From contig NC_068991.1 in the NCBI RefSeq assembly GCF_001194135.2, positions 78,312,226-78,376,225 of the forward strand: a stretch of DNA of 64,000 bases, read 5' to 3'. A program made the position numbers and the translations under genes. This DNA is from Octopus bimaculoides. Taxonomy: Eukaryota. The notes beneath the pieces were generated by a model. The model was not told the origin of the DNA. It did not search any database and saw nothing but the letters and a program-made list of their open reading frames with translations. This document shows positions 1 through 11,060 of the stretch, piece by piece (position 1 is the stretch's first letter; every line of letters begins with the position of its first letter).

Positions 1-547
1 AAACCAATTAAGGTAGTTCGGGAGCGAGAAGTGAGTGGGAGAGCCGGTTGAATGATCTATGGATCAGGGGAAGGGGGGGGGCGTGTGGTGTTATGGGCTG
101 TGATGAGTTGTGTTGTGGTGGAGAGAGGTGAGGCAAACAGAAGTGAAGCTAGACCGGAAGGGCCAGACCGGAAGGGTCAGACCAGAAGTCGGCAACACGC
201 GGTTGAAGGCTAGCATGTGGAGTCAGTCAGAAAACAGAGAGGTTACGAGAAAGACGTGTTCTGATCAGGAGCGATCGTGTACTCCGCTGCGGTCGACAAG
301 GTAAAGTCCANNNNNNNNNNGATCGTGTACTCCGCTGCGGTCGACAAGGTAAAGTCCAACGTTTCATTCTGTCCTTTTGCTTCTTGTTGTCTTTTTTCCT
401 CCATCACACCACATTATGCATAAATCCCTGCATATAAAATATGCAGCAATTTGCAATTGATATGATCGAAACACGTGTTGGACAATTATTATGAATAAAC
501 CAAGCAGACAGTCTGAATATTAAAATTCTTTGATTTCTTTATTATCA

Positions 548-548
<1 letters not shown>

Positions 549-580
<32 letters not shown>
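549..580. repeat. (TA)n microsatellite. Others at about 777-796, 1981-2008, 8100-8125, 9860-9886, 11030-11055, 29709-29738, 50937-50974, 54171-54220; several border gaps
   Basis: Direct reading. Confidence 0.95.
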
Positions 581-584
<4 letters not shown>

Positions 585-891
585 AGCACACACATATGCA
601 AATGAGTTTACTTCCACACAAGTAGGGATATAAGAAAATTGGTTTTGGGAGTAAAAATGCACCAGGGTTTAAAATATATTTCATTCGTTAAAATTTAATG
701 AATACTTACATAAACTAAAATTCAAGTTCTAAGACCCAAATGCATTTTCAACCACTAAACCAATTCTCCTGTGTATATATATATATATATATATATGTAT
801 AGTGAATCCAAATAAAGAAGAACAAACAAGAAGAAAAAACAATGGTACAAGTAGTGTATTATCAGACACTCAGGAAAGGAAGGAAAGAGGG

Positions 892-924
892 TTTAACGTT
901 TCGAGCCAAGCTCTTCTTCAGAAA
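892..924 (-). ncRNA. Minimal hammerhead ribozyme motif of Penelope-like type
   Basis: - strand UUU-CUGAAGA-A-GAGC-UUG-GCUC-GAA-ACGU-U-AAA: intact core, 4-bp stem II, palindromic stem III, 3-bp stem I. Confidence 0.6.
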
Positions 925-1976
925 TAGAGGAAGAAAATCACCAATGATACACATGCGGTTACATTTTACATATATATGTGTGTATACAGTGTTAGAAATG
1001 GTGTACAGATATTGAATATTGAGAAAAGAGGAGGTTGCCAGAATTTTGGGAAATGAATCTTTTATTTAGCTATTATTATTATTAGCACTTTTGTTCGTCT
1101 TCGAATTTGTCAAATAAAATTGTGAATGTGCAAACAGTTTGTTCATTTATATAAATCAGGTGTTTTTTTGTTTTGTTTAGAAGAGAAGATTGNNNNNNNN
1201 NNGGATAATGAAGATTCGTAGAGGGATAGATAGATAGACAGACAGATAAATAAGTAGTGAGAGGGAGGGATTTCTTTTTAATGTGGAATATTTTTTACTA
1301 TTTATTTTTTTTACCATTGTATAGCTACTGGTATGAGACATGAGTTCAAGGGTGGTGACTTCTTTTAGGATGGAGAAAATAATATACATGCATGAATGAC
1401 ATTATGCTTAATGCATAAATGACAGAGAAATTGTCTGATGAAATTTTATTTAACAATAAGAAAATTCTAATACTACTGGATTACTTAAAGCCATATATTG
1501 TGACTAAAATTTATATACACACACACAAATATATATATATATATTTCTTTCATATCTTCGCTTTCGCAAAGCTAGCACGAACATTCTTCGTCTCTCTTCC
1601 AGTTCGTTGCTTAACAATATTCAGTATACACATATTTTTTTCACGTCTGGCCGTATAGCCTTCTTGTTTGTTCTCACTGTTTCGTTTTCTGTCCGCCACT
1701 ACATTCCTCCACGTTACAAATTTAATTTGTGGTCCATGGGAAGAGCCATTTTAATGATGCGTCCTGCCCTAACTCTTCAAAACGCCAGTGTTGAATGGTG
1801 GCAGCTGATGAAGGTAATGTTCTCTATGTGGCTTGTGTGTTTTCTGTATTTGTTTATCATTTTGTCTACGTTTTGTTTGCAATGTCTTGTACCCAGATAT
1901 GCATCTATATATACAGATAGATATAAGTATGTACATACATGTACGTATATATGCATATACCCATTTGTATTATTTG

Positions 1977-2010
<34 letters not shown>

Positions 2011-2429
2011 GATGGAATTTCAGTTTGTCTGTGAAATCTATTCATAAAGTTTTGGTCAGTTCAGAGTTTATTGAAGACCTTTGCTTAAGGTGTAGTACAA
2101 GTGAACTCAAAACCATATATTTGGAAAGCAAGTTTCTCAACCACACTGCCATACATCTCCCTTAGCATATTGGCAATTAATTTTGTTCAACTGAGATTTC
2201 AAGAGTTCACTCCCTTGCCCTTATCAAAAGCAACTTTCATTATTGCTAATGACATTCTCATTATATGTATAATTCTAAGTGATTAAAAATTATTCACAAT
2301 TCACCAACGTACATATTACAGCCTGCGCTTAACTATATGTTCATGATGCAGAATGTACTTTTGGGAAATTTCCAATGTCATTGTATATATATATTTTTTT
2401 ATTCTCCTCATTATTATTTTGCTTTGTAG

Positions 2430-2537
2430 GATCAAAAGTTGGTAAGATCAACTCCATTATACTAAATGATTGTCAAAAACTTCCATGTGCTGTAAAGAAA
2501 GGAACATTTGCCAACTTCACAGTCAATTTCACTCCCA
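2430..2537 (+). CDS. NPC2: NPC2-like exon (108 nt, phase 1/1)
   Basis: ttgtag|GA...CCCA|gtaagt; encodes SKVGKINSIILNDCQKLPCAVKKGTFANFTVNFTP. Confidence 0.9.
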
Positions 2538-5532
2538 GTAAGTACGCAGTATTTTTCTTTCCATCAACCTTCATTGAAAGTCTCAAACCAAACTGCTGCT
2601 GTTATTTCTATTAACTTGTTATCCATGTATCATTGTTTTAATGTTATTTCTCCATGCTTGCATGAATCAGACCAAACTCATTGAGCTGGATGCCTTTCCT
2701 GTCACCATCCCTTGCTTGCTTCCAAGTAAGATAGCATCTGCTAATGGCCAGACATGGCATTATGGAAGATTAGAAATTAACGATACCATTTCTATGGGGA
2801 TGCTCATTTACATCTATTGCACAATCTGAAGACAGTCACACACACATGTGATGAGCTTCTTTCAATTTCCTTCTATTAAATTCCTCTCATTAGGCTTCAG
2901 TTTGTCTCTTACTACAGATCAGGTGTGAATTTCAGGACCACAAACATGGGAGAGGAGTGTGTAAAAGGTACACCTGAGAGTTCAAATTTTATAAAGTAAT
3001 TCATCCGGGATCAATCAGTTTTTAGTGATGGCTCACTTTGGATTTTTGAAAAAAAAAAAAAAATTTTGATGCATCATCCATCCTATTATCTTCATTGGCA
3101 AAGCTTATATAAGCGAAAATTAAACAAACCATAATACAAAAGACTGTCTAGAAATCATTAACTGCTTAATGGGCCACAAACGCATTCAGCATCCTCACCA
3201 CTGTTTTCATGTCCATTTTTCCAGGGGCCAGTTGGAATTTGTTGCAGCAGACTATACAGTTGGGTGCTCTTACTGCTGTCAACATTCACCTCTTTCCAAG
3301 CAAAGTATTATTTTCCCATGAATACTGTATGTTAACCACTACACACAGCATTCACAAATTAAGCTAACACCATAGTAGATAATGTAGTTTGCCAGGTTGT
3401 TGTGAGTAATTAAATATTATCTATTTTATACACAAAATAACATATTAAAACTTTATCTGTGAATTAAATAAAAATATAAACACATTATCTCTTCTATTGA
3501 TGTGGGGAAAAAAAAGTAATAAGGTGTCTTTGTACTGTTTCATGGTTTGCTGATAGCTCCATGGAGAAGGCATGCCCAGCTTCTTTCCCCAATGAATTGC
3601 ATGGATCAGCAGCTAACAAAGCAGTCATAAATTAGGCAAGCACCATAGTGGACACAATCTTCATAATTGTGCTTTTTATGTAAAAGGTAAAGTTGACAGC
3701 TTGACAATAATAAATACCCTATTCTATTGCCATAGCAACTGTCTTACATTGCAGACACTGTGTTAGCCCTTTAGCATTCAGGGTACCTTGTCAAATGTAA
3801 TGCTTATTTATTCCCATTGTTTTGTAGTTAATTATGAATTATATCATAGCTTTGAGATTTTGATGATGAGGTTATTTTTAGAATGACATTGAACGTGAAA
3901 GGTTAGATCTGGCTGGTTTGAACATAAGACAGGTGTAATATTCGGGCTGGATATGGTCCATTTAAACAATTAACACAACCCTTCTTTTCCATAATTAACC
4001 TGGAAGATTTCAAACTGAACATGAAAACTAATCTCAGATTATCATTCACTCGATTCCATAAGGGATTTAAGCCAAAACGAAGGCTCTGTTTCTCAGACTA
4101 TCACTAAGTAATTATAAATTAAAAAAAAAAAATCTATTATTTTCTTATTCAGACAAAGACATATCTGCAATCAAGATTGAAGTCTGGGGAAAAATCTCCC
4201 CATTGCCTCCAATTCCTTTTAATCCAGGCAGCCCAGATGGATGTAAAAATACCAGTTTGAAGTGTCCTTTGAAGGCTAACGTCCCTGCTTCGTTAAAAAA
4301 TTACCTGGAAGTGAAAAAGTCATATCCTACTGTAAGTTTCAATTACTTTGCAGATGTTTTACAAGAAATCGATTTTTGCATGAATTCAAAAGAATATGAA
4401 GAGGATTCCTTTCTCTCCTCTTACGCCAGGAGAACTCTGCTTATGTTAAAGTATCATTGCACAATAAACATAAAGCAGTACTGCGTGGTGGCAGAATTTC
4501 AACCCATTGTATGGTACTGTGTCTTCGATTATATCTCCGGGTTACTCTCTTTTTACTCTTTTACTTGTTTCAGTCATTCAGTCATTTGACTGCGGCCATG
4601 CTGGGGCACCGCCTTTAGTTGAGCAACTCGACCCCAGGACTTATTCCTTGTAAGCCTAGTACTTATTCTATCAGTCTCTTTTGCCGAGCCGCTAAGTTAC
4701 GGGGACTTAAACACACCACCATCGGTTGTCAAGCAAAGTTGGGGGGGGGGGAGACAAGCACAGACACACAAACATACATACATATATATATATACGACAG
4801 GCTTCTTTCAGTTTGTGTCCACCAAATCTACTCACAAGGCTTTGGTCGGCCCGAGGCTATAGTAGAAGACACTTGCCCAAGGTGCCACGCAGTGGGACTG
4901 AACCCAGAACCATGTGGTTGGTAAGCAAGCTACTTACCACACAGCCACTCAAAAAATCTTGTAAGTGAATTTAGCAGACAGAGATTGACAGAAATTCATT
5001 GTATGTGTGTGCATACATGCATGCATCATTTTCCCTCCCCTCCACTTGTCTTGATATTGTGTCATATTGTAAAAGAGTATCACTGCCAAGCAAGCAGCAG
5101 CAGCAGTGAAATTTAGTAGATGGAAACTGTGAGAAGCCATTCTCTCGTATGATAAAGTAAACCCTTCACCCAGTTTAATGCTGTAACCTGGTCTTTAGTG
5201 ATCTTTAGCAAAGTTCACATCCAGCCAAAGTTTCCAGTACAAGGATAACTTTGTATCACCAGCCTCAGGCATTCAGTATCATAAGATGCTACAACAACCT
5301 CCTCCCGTGGCTAAACCCAAACAAAAACTATTCTCTTTAAAATGCATTCTGTTGACTCCCAACAAGTGGCAAAATCTTTGCTTTCACAGTTTATAACTGT
5401 TCTATTTTGACAACTTGTAAATATCTAAATATTTCTCATTTCTAGGTTGCGGTCATCAACCGCTGGCAACTGACAAACGAGAAGAAAGAGAAAATCATTT
5501 GTTTCGACATCAGTTTAAGGATTGTTGATTAA
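2430..5532 (+). CDS. NPC2: NPC2-like / ML-domain sterol-binding protein (exons 2-4; 5' signal-peptide exon not identified)
   Basis: Spliced exons 2430-2537, 4153-4331 and 5446-5532 give (G)SKVGKINSIILNDCQKLPCAVKKGTFANFTVNFTPNKDISAIKIEVWGKISPLPPIPFNPGSPDGCKNTSLKCPLKANVPASLKNYLEVKKSYPTVAVINRWQLTNEKKEKIICFDISLRIVD*. The Cys spacing, the YP motif, the 108-nt exon and intron phases 1,1,0 match the NPC2 family as I recall it. Confidence 0.9.
4153..4331 (+). CDS. NPC2: NPC2-like exon (179 nt, phase 1/0)
   Basis: ttattcag|AC...CCTACT|gtaagt; encodes KDISAIKIEVWGKISPLPPIPFNPGSPDGCKNTSLKCPLKANVPASLKNYLEVKKSYPT. Confidence 0.9.
4545..4740. repeat. Interspersed repeat family C (other copies about 16010-16150, 23335-23460, 23680-23850, 30150-30240)
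   Basis: TTTCAGTCATTTGACTGCGGCCATGCTGGGGCACC...CTCTTTTGCCGA.CCGCTAAGTTACGGGGAC.TAAACACACCA..ATCGGTTGTCAAG recurs, often abutting family B. Confidence 0.7.
4794..4948 (-). mobile_element. tRNA-derived SINE family B with (TA)n tail. Other copies near 8135, 16565, 21200-21345(-), 23505-23660(-), 29570-29740, 30275-30590(-), 33550-33680, 52300-52460
   Basis: Head GTGGCTGTGTGGTAAG (A-box), GGTTCAGTCCC (B-box), GGCACCTTGGGCAAGTGTCTTCTACTATAGCC, ...AACTGAAAGAAGCC. Confidence 0.8.
5446..5532 (+). CDS. NPC2: NPC2-like terminal coding exon
   Basis: tttctag|GTT...GAT TAA; encodes VAVINRWQLTNEKKEKIICFDISLRIVD*. Confidence 0.88.
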   Translation, partial: VAVINRWQLTNEKKEKIICFDISLRIVD

Positions 5533-5604
5533 TTTGCTTTTCTTGCTTATTTTCCTTCCACGCACAAAAGACCCGTTTTGCATTTTTGGTTTGTTTTAAT
5601 GCGA

Positions 5605-5610
5605 AATAAA
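5605..5610 (+). promoter_or_regulatory. Likely polyadenylation signal of the NPC2-like gene
   Basis: AATAAA about 70 nt after the stop, with a second copy at 5625-5630, followed by T-rich sequence. Confidence 0.5.
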
Positions 5611-6367
5611 TCCATTTAAATACAAATAAATATTTCAAAATATTCTTCATAACATTTTCGAATTACTTTGCAGCAGTTTTTCTAGTTCTGCATGGGTTGA
5701 ATGGTGCTGTAAATTTTAAGTTTTTTTTTTTTTTTAAATTTTGGATAAACTGGAGCACAAAATAGTATCTCATACAACGAACCAGCCTGCTTTATAACGG
5801 GGAGCCTTTGCATTGTTGCTCAGCTTGGGTTAAAAGGTTACAAATAGCAGCTAATTTCCATATATTGTCTGAAGGCATTCTCACCAGTTTAAAATAGAAA
5901 AGACCTAGTACACTCTGTAGAGTGGCTGGTATTAGGAAAGGTATCCAGTAATAGACAGCATGCCAAAGGAGAGACTGGAACCAGACACAACCCTCCAGCT
6001 TTGAAGACAGACATTTAAATAATGATGATGATGATGATGTTGAAAGCTGGAAGGTCTTTGATCACAGGTACTGTTTGACTTAAGAAATCAACCATTTGAG
6101 ACTGTAAAAAAGAACTGCATCAACAAAATTCCATCCAACCCATGCAAGCATGGAAAAAAACTGGACATTATGACGATGATGATGATGAAACCTGAAATAC
6201 TTTCAACTCCTCTTAGAATTCTACAGGATGCTGAGGTAATATTAAAGAACACAACAAGAGATGAATATATATGTAAATAAATATGTATTTGAAAAATATA
6301 TTTTATCTTTATTTTTCTTTTTTCTTTTGAACTTCTTAAATAGTCTTAATTAACAAGCCATGTTTAA

Positions 6368-6614
6368 TTAAGGTTCAGTTACAAACATGTGTACTGGCTT
6401 AGGTGAATGTATCATCAAAGAGCTTCTGTTGGTACCAACCACTGCCGCCAGCCTTTGTACATCGTACTTGCTGTAGAGGATGCTTCCTGTTGCATCGTCT
6501 TTTGGTAAGTTCTTCAGTTTCACATCATTTATCAGGTTACAAATTTCACTGAAGAAGTGAGGATACAATGGCAGTTCATAGAATATAATGTGACGAATGC
6601 CTCGTAATCTTGTT
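6368..6614 (-). CDS. UTP25: UTP25 exon 20 (terminal)
   Basis: tttcag|A ACA AGA...; [28 protein letters not shown]...[36 protein letters not shown]; AATAAA on the - strand at 6313-6308. Confidence 0.96.
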
Positions 6615-9600
6615 CTGAAAAAAAAAAGAGAAAATAATGTAATACAAGAGCCTCAATGACTTCTTGCATGTATCTTCACAAACCATACCCACACTAAGAC
6701 ACTAAGGGTGGGGGGAAATACAAACAAGTGACCCAGCACCAATGTATACCAAAGGGCTTCTAAAAAAATTAATTTCTATCAATGTTTTTGTTTTTTTTGT
6801 TGCACATTGAGCACGATCGTATCCCAGTTGAGTCCCATTTTCTTTTCTGCTAAAAATTCTGTCTTTGCTAAGTTTGTTTCTCAATTCTATGTTTAGTATT
6901 TCTTCACTAAATCAATAGATTCAGCTTGGAGAATTAGGTTATGGGTTTGGTTTCAGGGGGCACCATGCAACTTCTCCATTGCAACAGGAAGAACAAAGAA
7001 GGGTGGTGGCAACCAGTACCTGATGGATACCAAACTTCATCCATGACATCAAGTTGAAAGCCATGAGACCCAGTTAAAGACAGGATATGACGTTAAAGAC
7101 ATGACACCCAATAAAGTTTACAATACCAAGGTATAAAAAGGATATTAAATGGAAAGAGAATGAAAATACCTAAAATAGAAATGGTGTCTTTCTGTGTAAA
7201 GCAAAAAATTTGTTTTTCCAAGAAAGAACCGGCTCCTTGTACCAGCAATATCTTTACGTTTGGAATATCTGTAAGAGAATAAATTATAATACATTACTGA
7301 GACAACTCATTGTTCCCATCTAATAGTCAAAACTTTTTATGTAGTAACTTGCTTGATGATGATGATGTCTAAAAAGACGCGTGTGTATGTAATCCAAACA
7401 AGAAGACGAAGAAAGAGTTTAGCACATCTTTAATGACCAGTTACAATTGTTTTGGCACTGCTGCTTTTAACACCATTGCATACAAAACGTTCCATAATAT
7501 TAGAGTCGTTGCCAGTACCGCCTGACTGGCCTTCGTGCTGGTGGCACGTAAAAGCACCCACTACACTCTCTGAGTGGTTGGTGTTAGGAAGGGCATCCAG
7601 CTGCAGAAACTCTGCCAAATCAGATTGGAGCCTGGTGTAGCCATCTGGTTTCACCAGTCCTCAGTCAAATCGTCCAACCCATGCCAGCATGGAAAGCGGA
7701 CATTAAATGATGATGATGATGACTTCATCCGACAGGCACCAATAGGTGCACACTTACTTAGTGTGACTGCCAACCGTTGTATGTTGCTTATATAGGGAAG
7801 AAATAATTAGTATAAAATAAAAATGGTGAAATAGTGGACAGGATCTAGACAATAATAATACCAAATCAGATAAAAACAGAATCATCAGAAGAATGTTTAA
7901 AACCAACAAACATTATGTAACGTTTCACATGGAACTTTTGCATGTGATGGCGTTAATCTTACTTGGATTATGCTTTAATCTTTGCAAGACTCACAAATTG
8001 GATTTACTGGTGTGATACTGAGATTTCTCAGAGTCTAGCTCAAGAATGATGCATCGGAAGTACTCTGGTTTTCTATCCTTTCAGGACCATAACACACATT
8101 ATATATATATATATATATATATATAAAGCACAGATGTGGCTGTGTGCTTCCCAACCACAAGGTTTCAGGTTCAGTCCCACTGAGTGGCACCTTGAGCAAA
8201 TGCATGCATGTGTACATCTATTTCATTGTTGCAATACGACAAGCTCACTGTAAGCAAAACATCACCATCATACAAGCAATGTTGATTATTTGCAATTTTC
8301 CATGAAAATATGTTTGGACCAGGGGAAAATATTACCTTGTTTGGAAAAGGTGAGAATTTGTGACAAGAAGAGCATTCAGCCGGAGAAAACCTGCCTTGCC
8401 GAGTCTTGTTTGACCCAATCAAGCATGGAACATTAGACATTAAAACAAAGATGATGAGATAAAAAAAAAAAAAAGTTAAATTCATTTATGTTTACTTACT
8501 CACTAATCTGGAGAAAATCAATTTCATTTTTGATGAAATAATTTCTGATTCTGACAAAGTCAAAATAAGATGGAATGAAGATCATGGTACTGTTCATGTT
8601 AGAGGCACCTCGATATTTTGGTAAAATCTTCAACAGAAAATAAATAAATGCAAACATTTAAGTTGAATTCATTCTTTTAAAGTAAATAATAATAATAACA
8701 ACAGGAATGCCTGCTTCTACCCTTGCACACATAGATGTTATTGTTAATATCTCAAAACACTTTTAAGAACAACCAAGCAGTTACTTTTACTGTGGTTCCA
8801 TACTGAACTTCAGTGTTGTTGTTGGCACTCCGTCGCTTATGACGACGAGGGTTCCAGTTGATCCGATCAACGGAACAGCCTGCTCGTGAAATTAATGTGC
8901 AAGTGGCTGAGCACTCCACAGACATGTGTACCCTTAATGTAGTTCTCGGGGATATTCAGCGTGACACAGTGTGACAAGGCTGACCCTTTGAATTACAGGC
9001 ACAACAGAAACAGGAAGTAAGAGTGAGAGAAAGTTGTGGTGGAAGAGTACAGCAGGGTTCGCCACCATCCCCTGCCGGAGCCTCGTGGAGCTTTAGGTAT
9101 TTTCGCTCAATAAACACTCACAACGCCCGGACTGGGAATCGAAACCGCGAGTCCGCTGCCCTAACCACTGGGCCATTGCGCCTCCACACTGAACTTCATA
9201 ATACACACACAATGTAAGCAAATGAAACAGCAAGGTTCAAGATAAATATATCTACATTTATTTGTAATAGAATACGAAAGGCATTCTATAGACTTTGTGC
9301 AAAAACAGACTGATCTGAGCTCCAAGATGGCCAACTATCTGACACAGTGTTTCTGTATAATTTTGCCTCTTCAGTGGCAGATATTGACAGAAAGGGCATC
9401 AAGCGGTAGACACTGCATCAATAAGGCTTGTTCAACACACAGCAGCATGCAAAAAGTATACCTAGAAACAACAATGACAACTCACCTTTTTTATGAATGT
9501 ATTAAACCGAATATCAACTGACTGACTGTAGCTTGAACACTCAATACGATGGAATATCTGAAAAAAAAAAAAAATAATAATAATTGAATTAAAATGGCTG

Positions 9601-11029
9601 TAAATGAAATGAAAAACCAATCTTTAATTACTAAACATTGCCTGATAATTGAAAATGCATATTTAAATAAATACTTTACAGATGCTATTTAGCTCCAGGT
9701 GAGCCTTGCTGATTGAACAGACCTATGATGAAAGGAATTCCACCTGTGACTATTCCATTTTATTTTTCAGACAGTATATCTAAGACTACATTATCTAATA
9801 ATCCTTCCATTTTTTCTTAAGATGAAAGGGTATGATCTGAGGGATATTTGGCTTTACATTATATATATATATATATATATATATATNNNNNNNNNNNNNN
9901 NNNNNNNNNNNNNNNNNNNNNNNNNNNNNNNNNNNNNNNNNNNNNNNNNNNNNNNNNNNNNNNNNNNNNNNNNNNNNNNNNNNNNNNNNNNNNNNNNNNN
10001 NNNNNNNNNNNNNNNNNNNNNNNNNNNNNNNNNNNNNNNNNNNNNNNNNNNNNNNNNNNNNNNNNNNNNNNNNNNNNNNNNNNNNNNNNNNNNNNNNNNN
10101 NNNNNNNNNNNNNNNNNNNNNNNNNNNNNNNNNNNNNNNNNNNNNNNNNNNNNNNNNNNNNNNNNNNNNNNNNNNNNNATATACATACACACAGGGTGCA
10201 GTGAATATGCTGTCGTTTAAATTACGCAAAAATGAAAATAACACCGACATCTCATTTTAACAGATATATTTACCAAAATTACATAAAAATATCTTGAAAT
10301 ACTGAAGAGTAAATTTATACAATAAAATCGCCATTGGCTTCAACCACACCCTCCAGATGACTTCAGATTCTGCTGGAGCTCTTCTGGATGTTTCCTTGCT
10401 TAATTTGGTGAATGTTGCCATAATCCTTATCTTCCGTTTATCTTTGGTGTTACAAGGAGTTTTGTTGGTCTCGATCAACTGTGCCCCACACATAATCAAG
10501 GAGGTTGCAGTCTAGGGAGTTAGGCAGCCAGATGTTAGCAGTACTGAGGTCACAGAAATTGTTCGACAGCCATATTTTCCAACAGCTCGTGTGGCTAGAC
10601 ATAGGGCCTTCCAGCAGCTACCCTCTTGACTCAGGGCAGCACTACCCCCTACAAGCACTTGATGCAGGCTTCAGTGTTGTTGTTGAGGCCATGTGGGAAG
10701 ATGAATGGGGGCATAACGTTGCCATCACTAGGGATCACCTCAAACACTGTGATGTTGACTGGATGTTTGATTTTTATCACTCTCAGTACATGTCCTTAGA
10801 TTGACACCCAAACACTCTGAAATGTTCTTATTGGAGCTTCTGGCACAAATGCAGAGCAGTACAGCATGTCGTTTCCAAATTTCTGGCAGAGTGAATTGCA
10901 TCATGGTGTTGTTTTTCTCAAAGACAGAGCCCAACTGACCCTACTATACTGTGTAGTTGACAAAATCAAAAACAAACAATGCGTGAAATAAAAAATATAA
11001 AATGGCGACAATTTACCCATCACACCCTG

Positions 11030-11060
<31 letters not shown>

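Noticed and set aside
273-358. 38-bp direct repeat on both sides of a 10-N gap
   Set aside because: Typical contig-overlap artefact at a placeholder gap, not a biological duplication
425-485. Hammerhead-like remnant (TCC-CTG...GATC-GAAACACGTGT-T-GGA followed by AATAAA)
   Set aside because: The GAAA, palindromic stem III and stem I pairing are suggestive, but the CUGANGA core is absent (CTGCATA) and no stem II can be drawn
1750-1812. Possible C/D box snoRNA (ATGATGC...CTGA)
   Set aside because: Imperfect C box, no terminal stem and no recognisable rRNA antisense element
2375-2429. MSLYIYIFLFSSLLFCFV as the NPC2 signal peptide
   Set aside because: It is the (TA)n plus polypyrimidine tract of the intron ending in a canonical acceptor; the hydrophobic translation is expected from T-rich DNA
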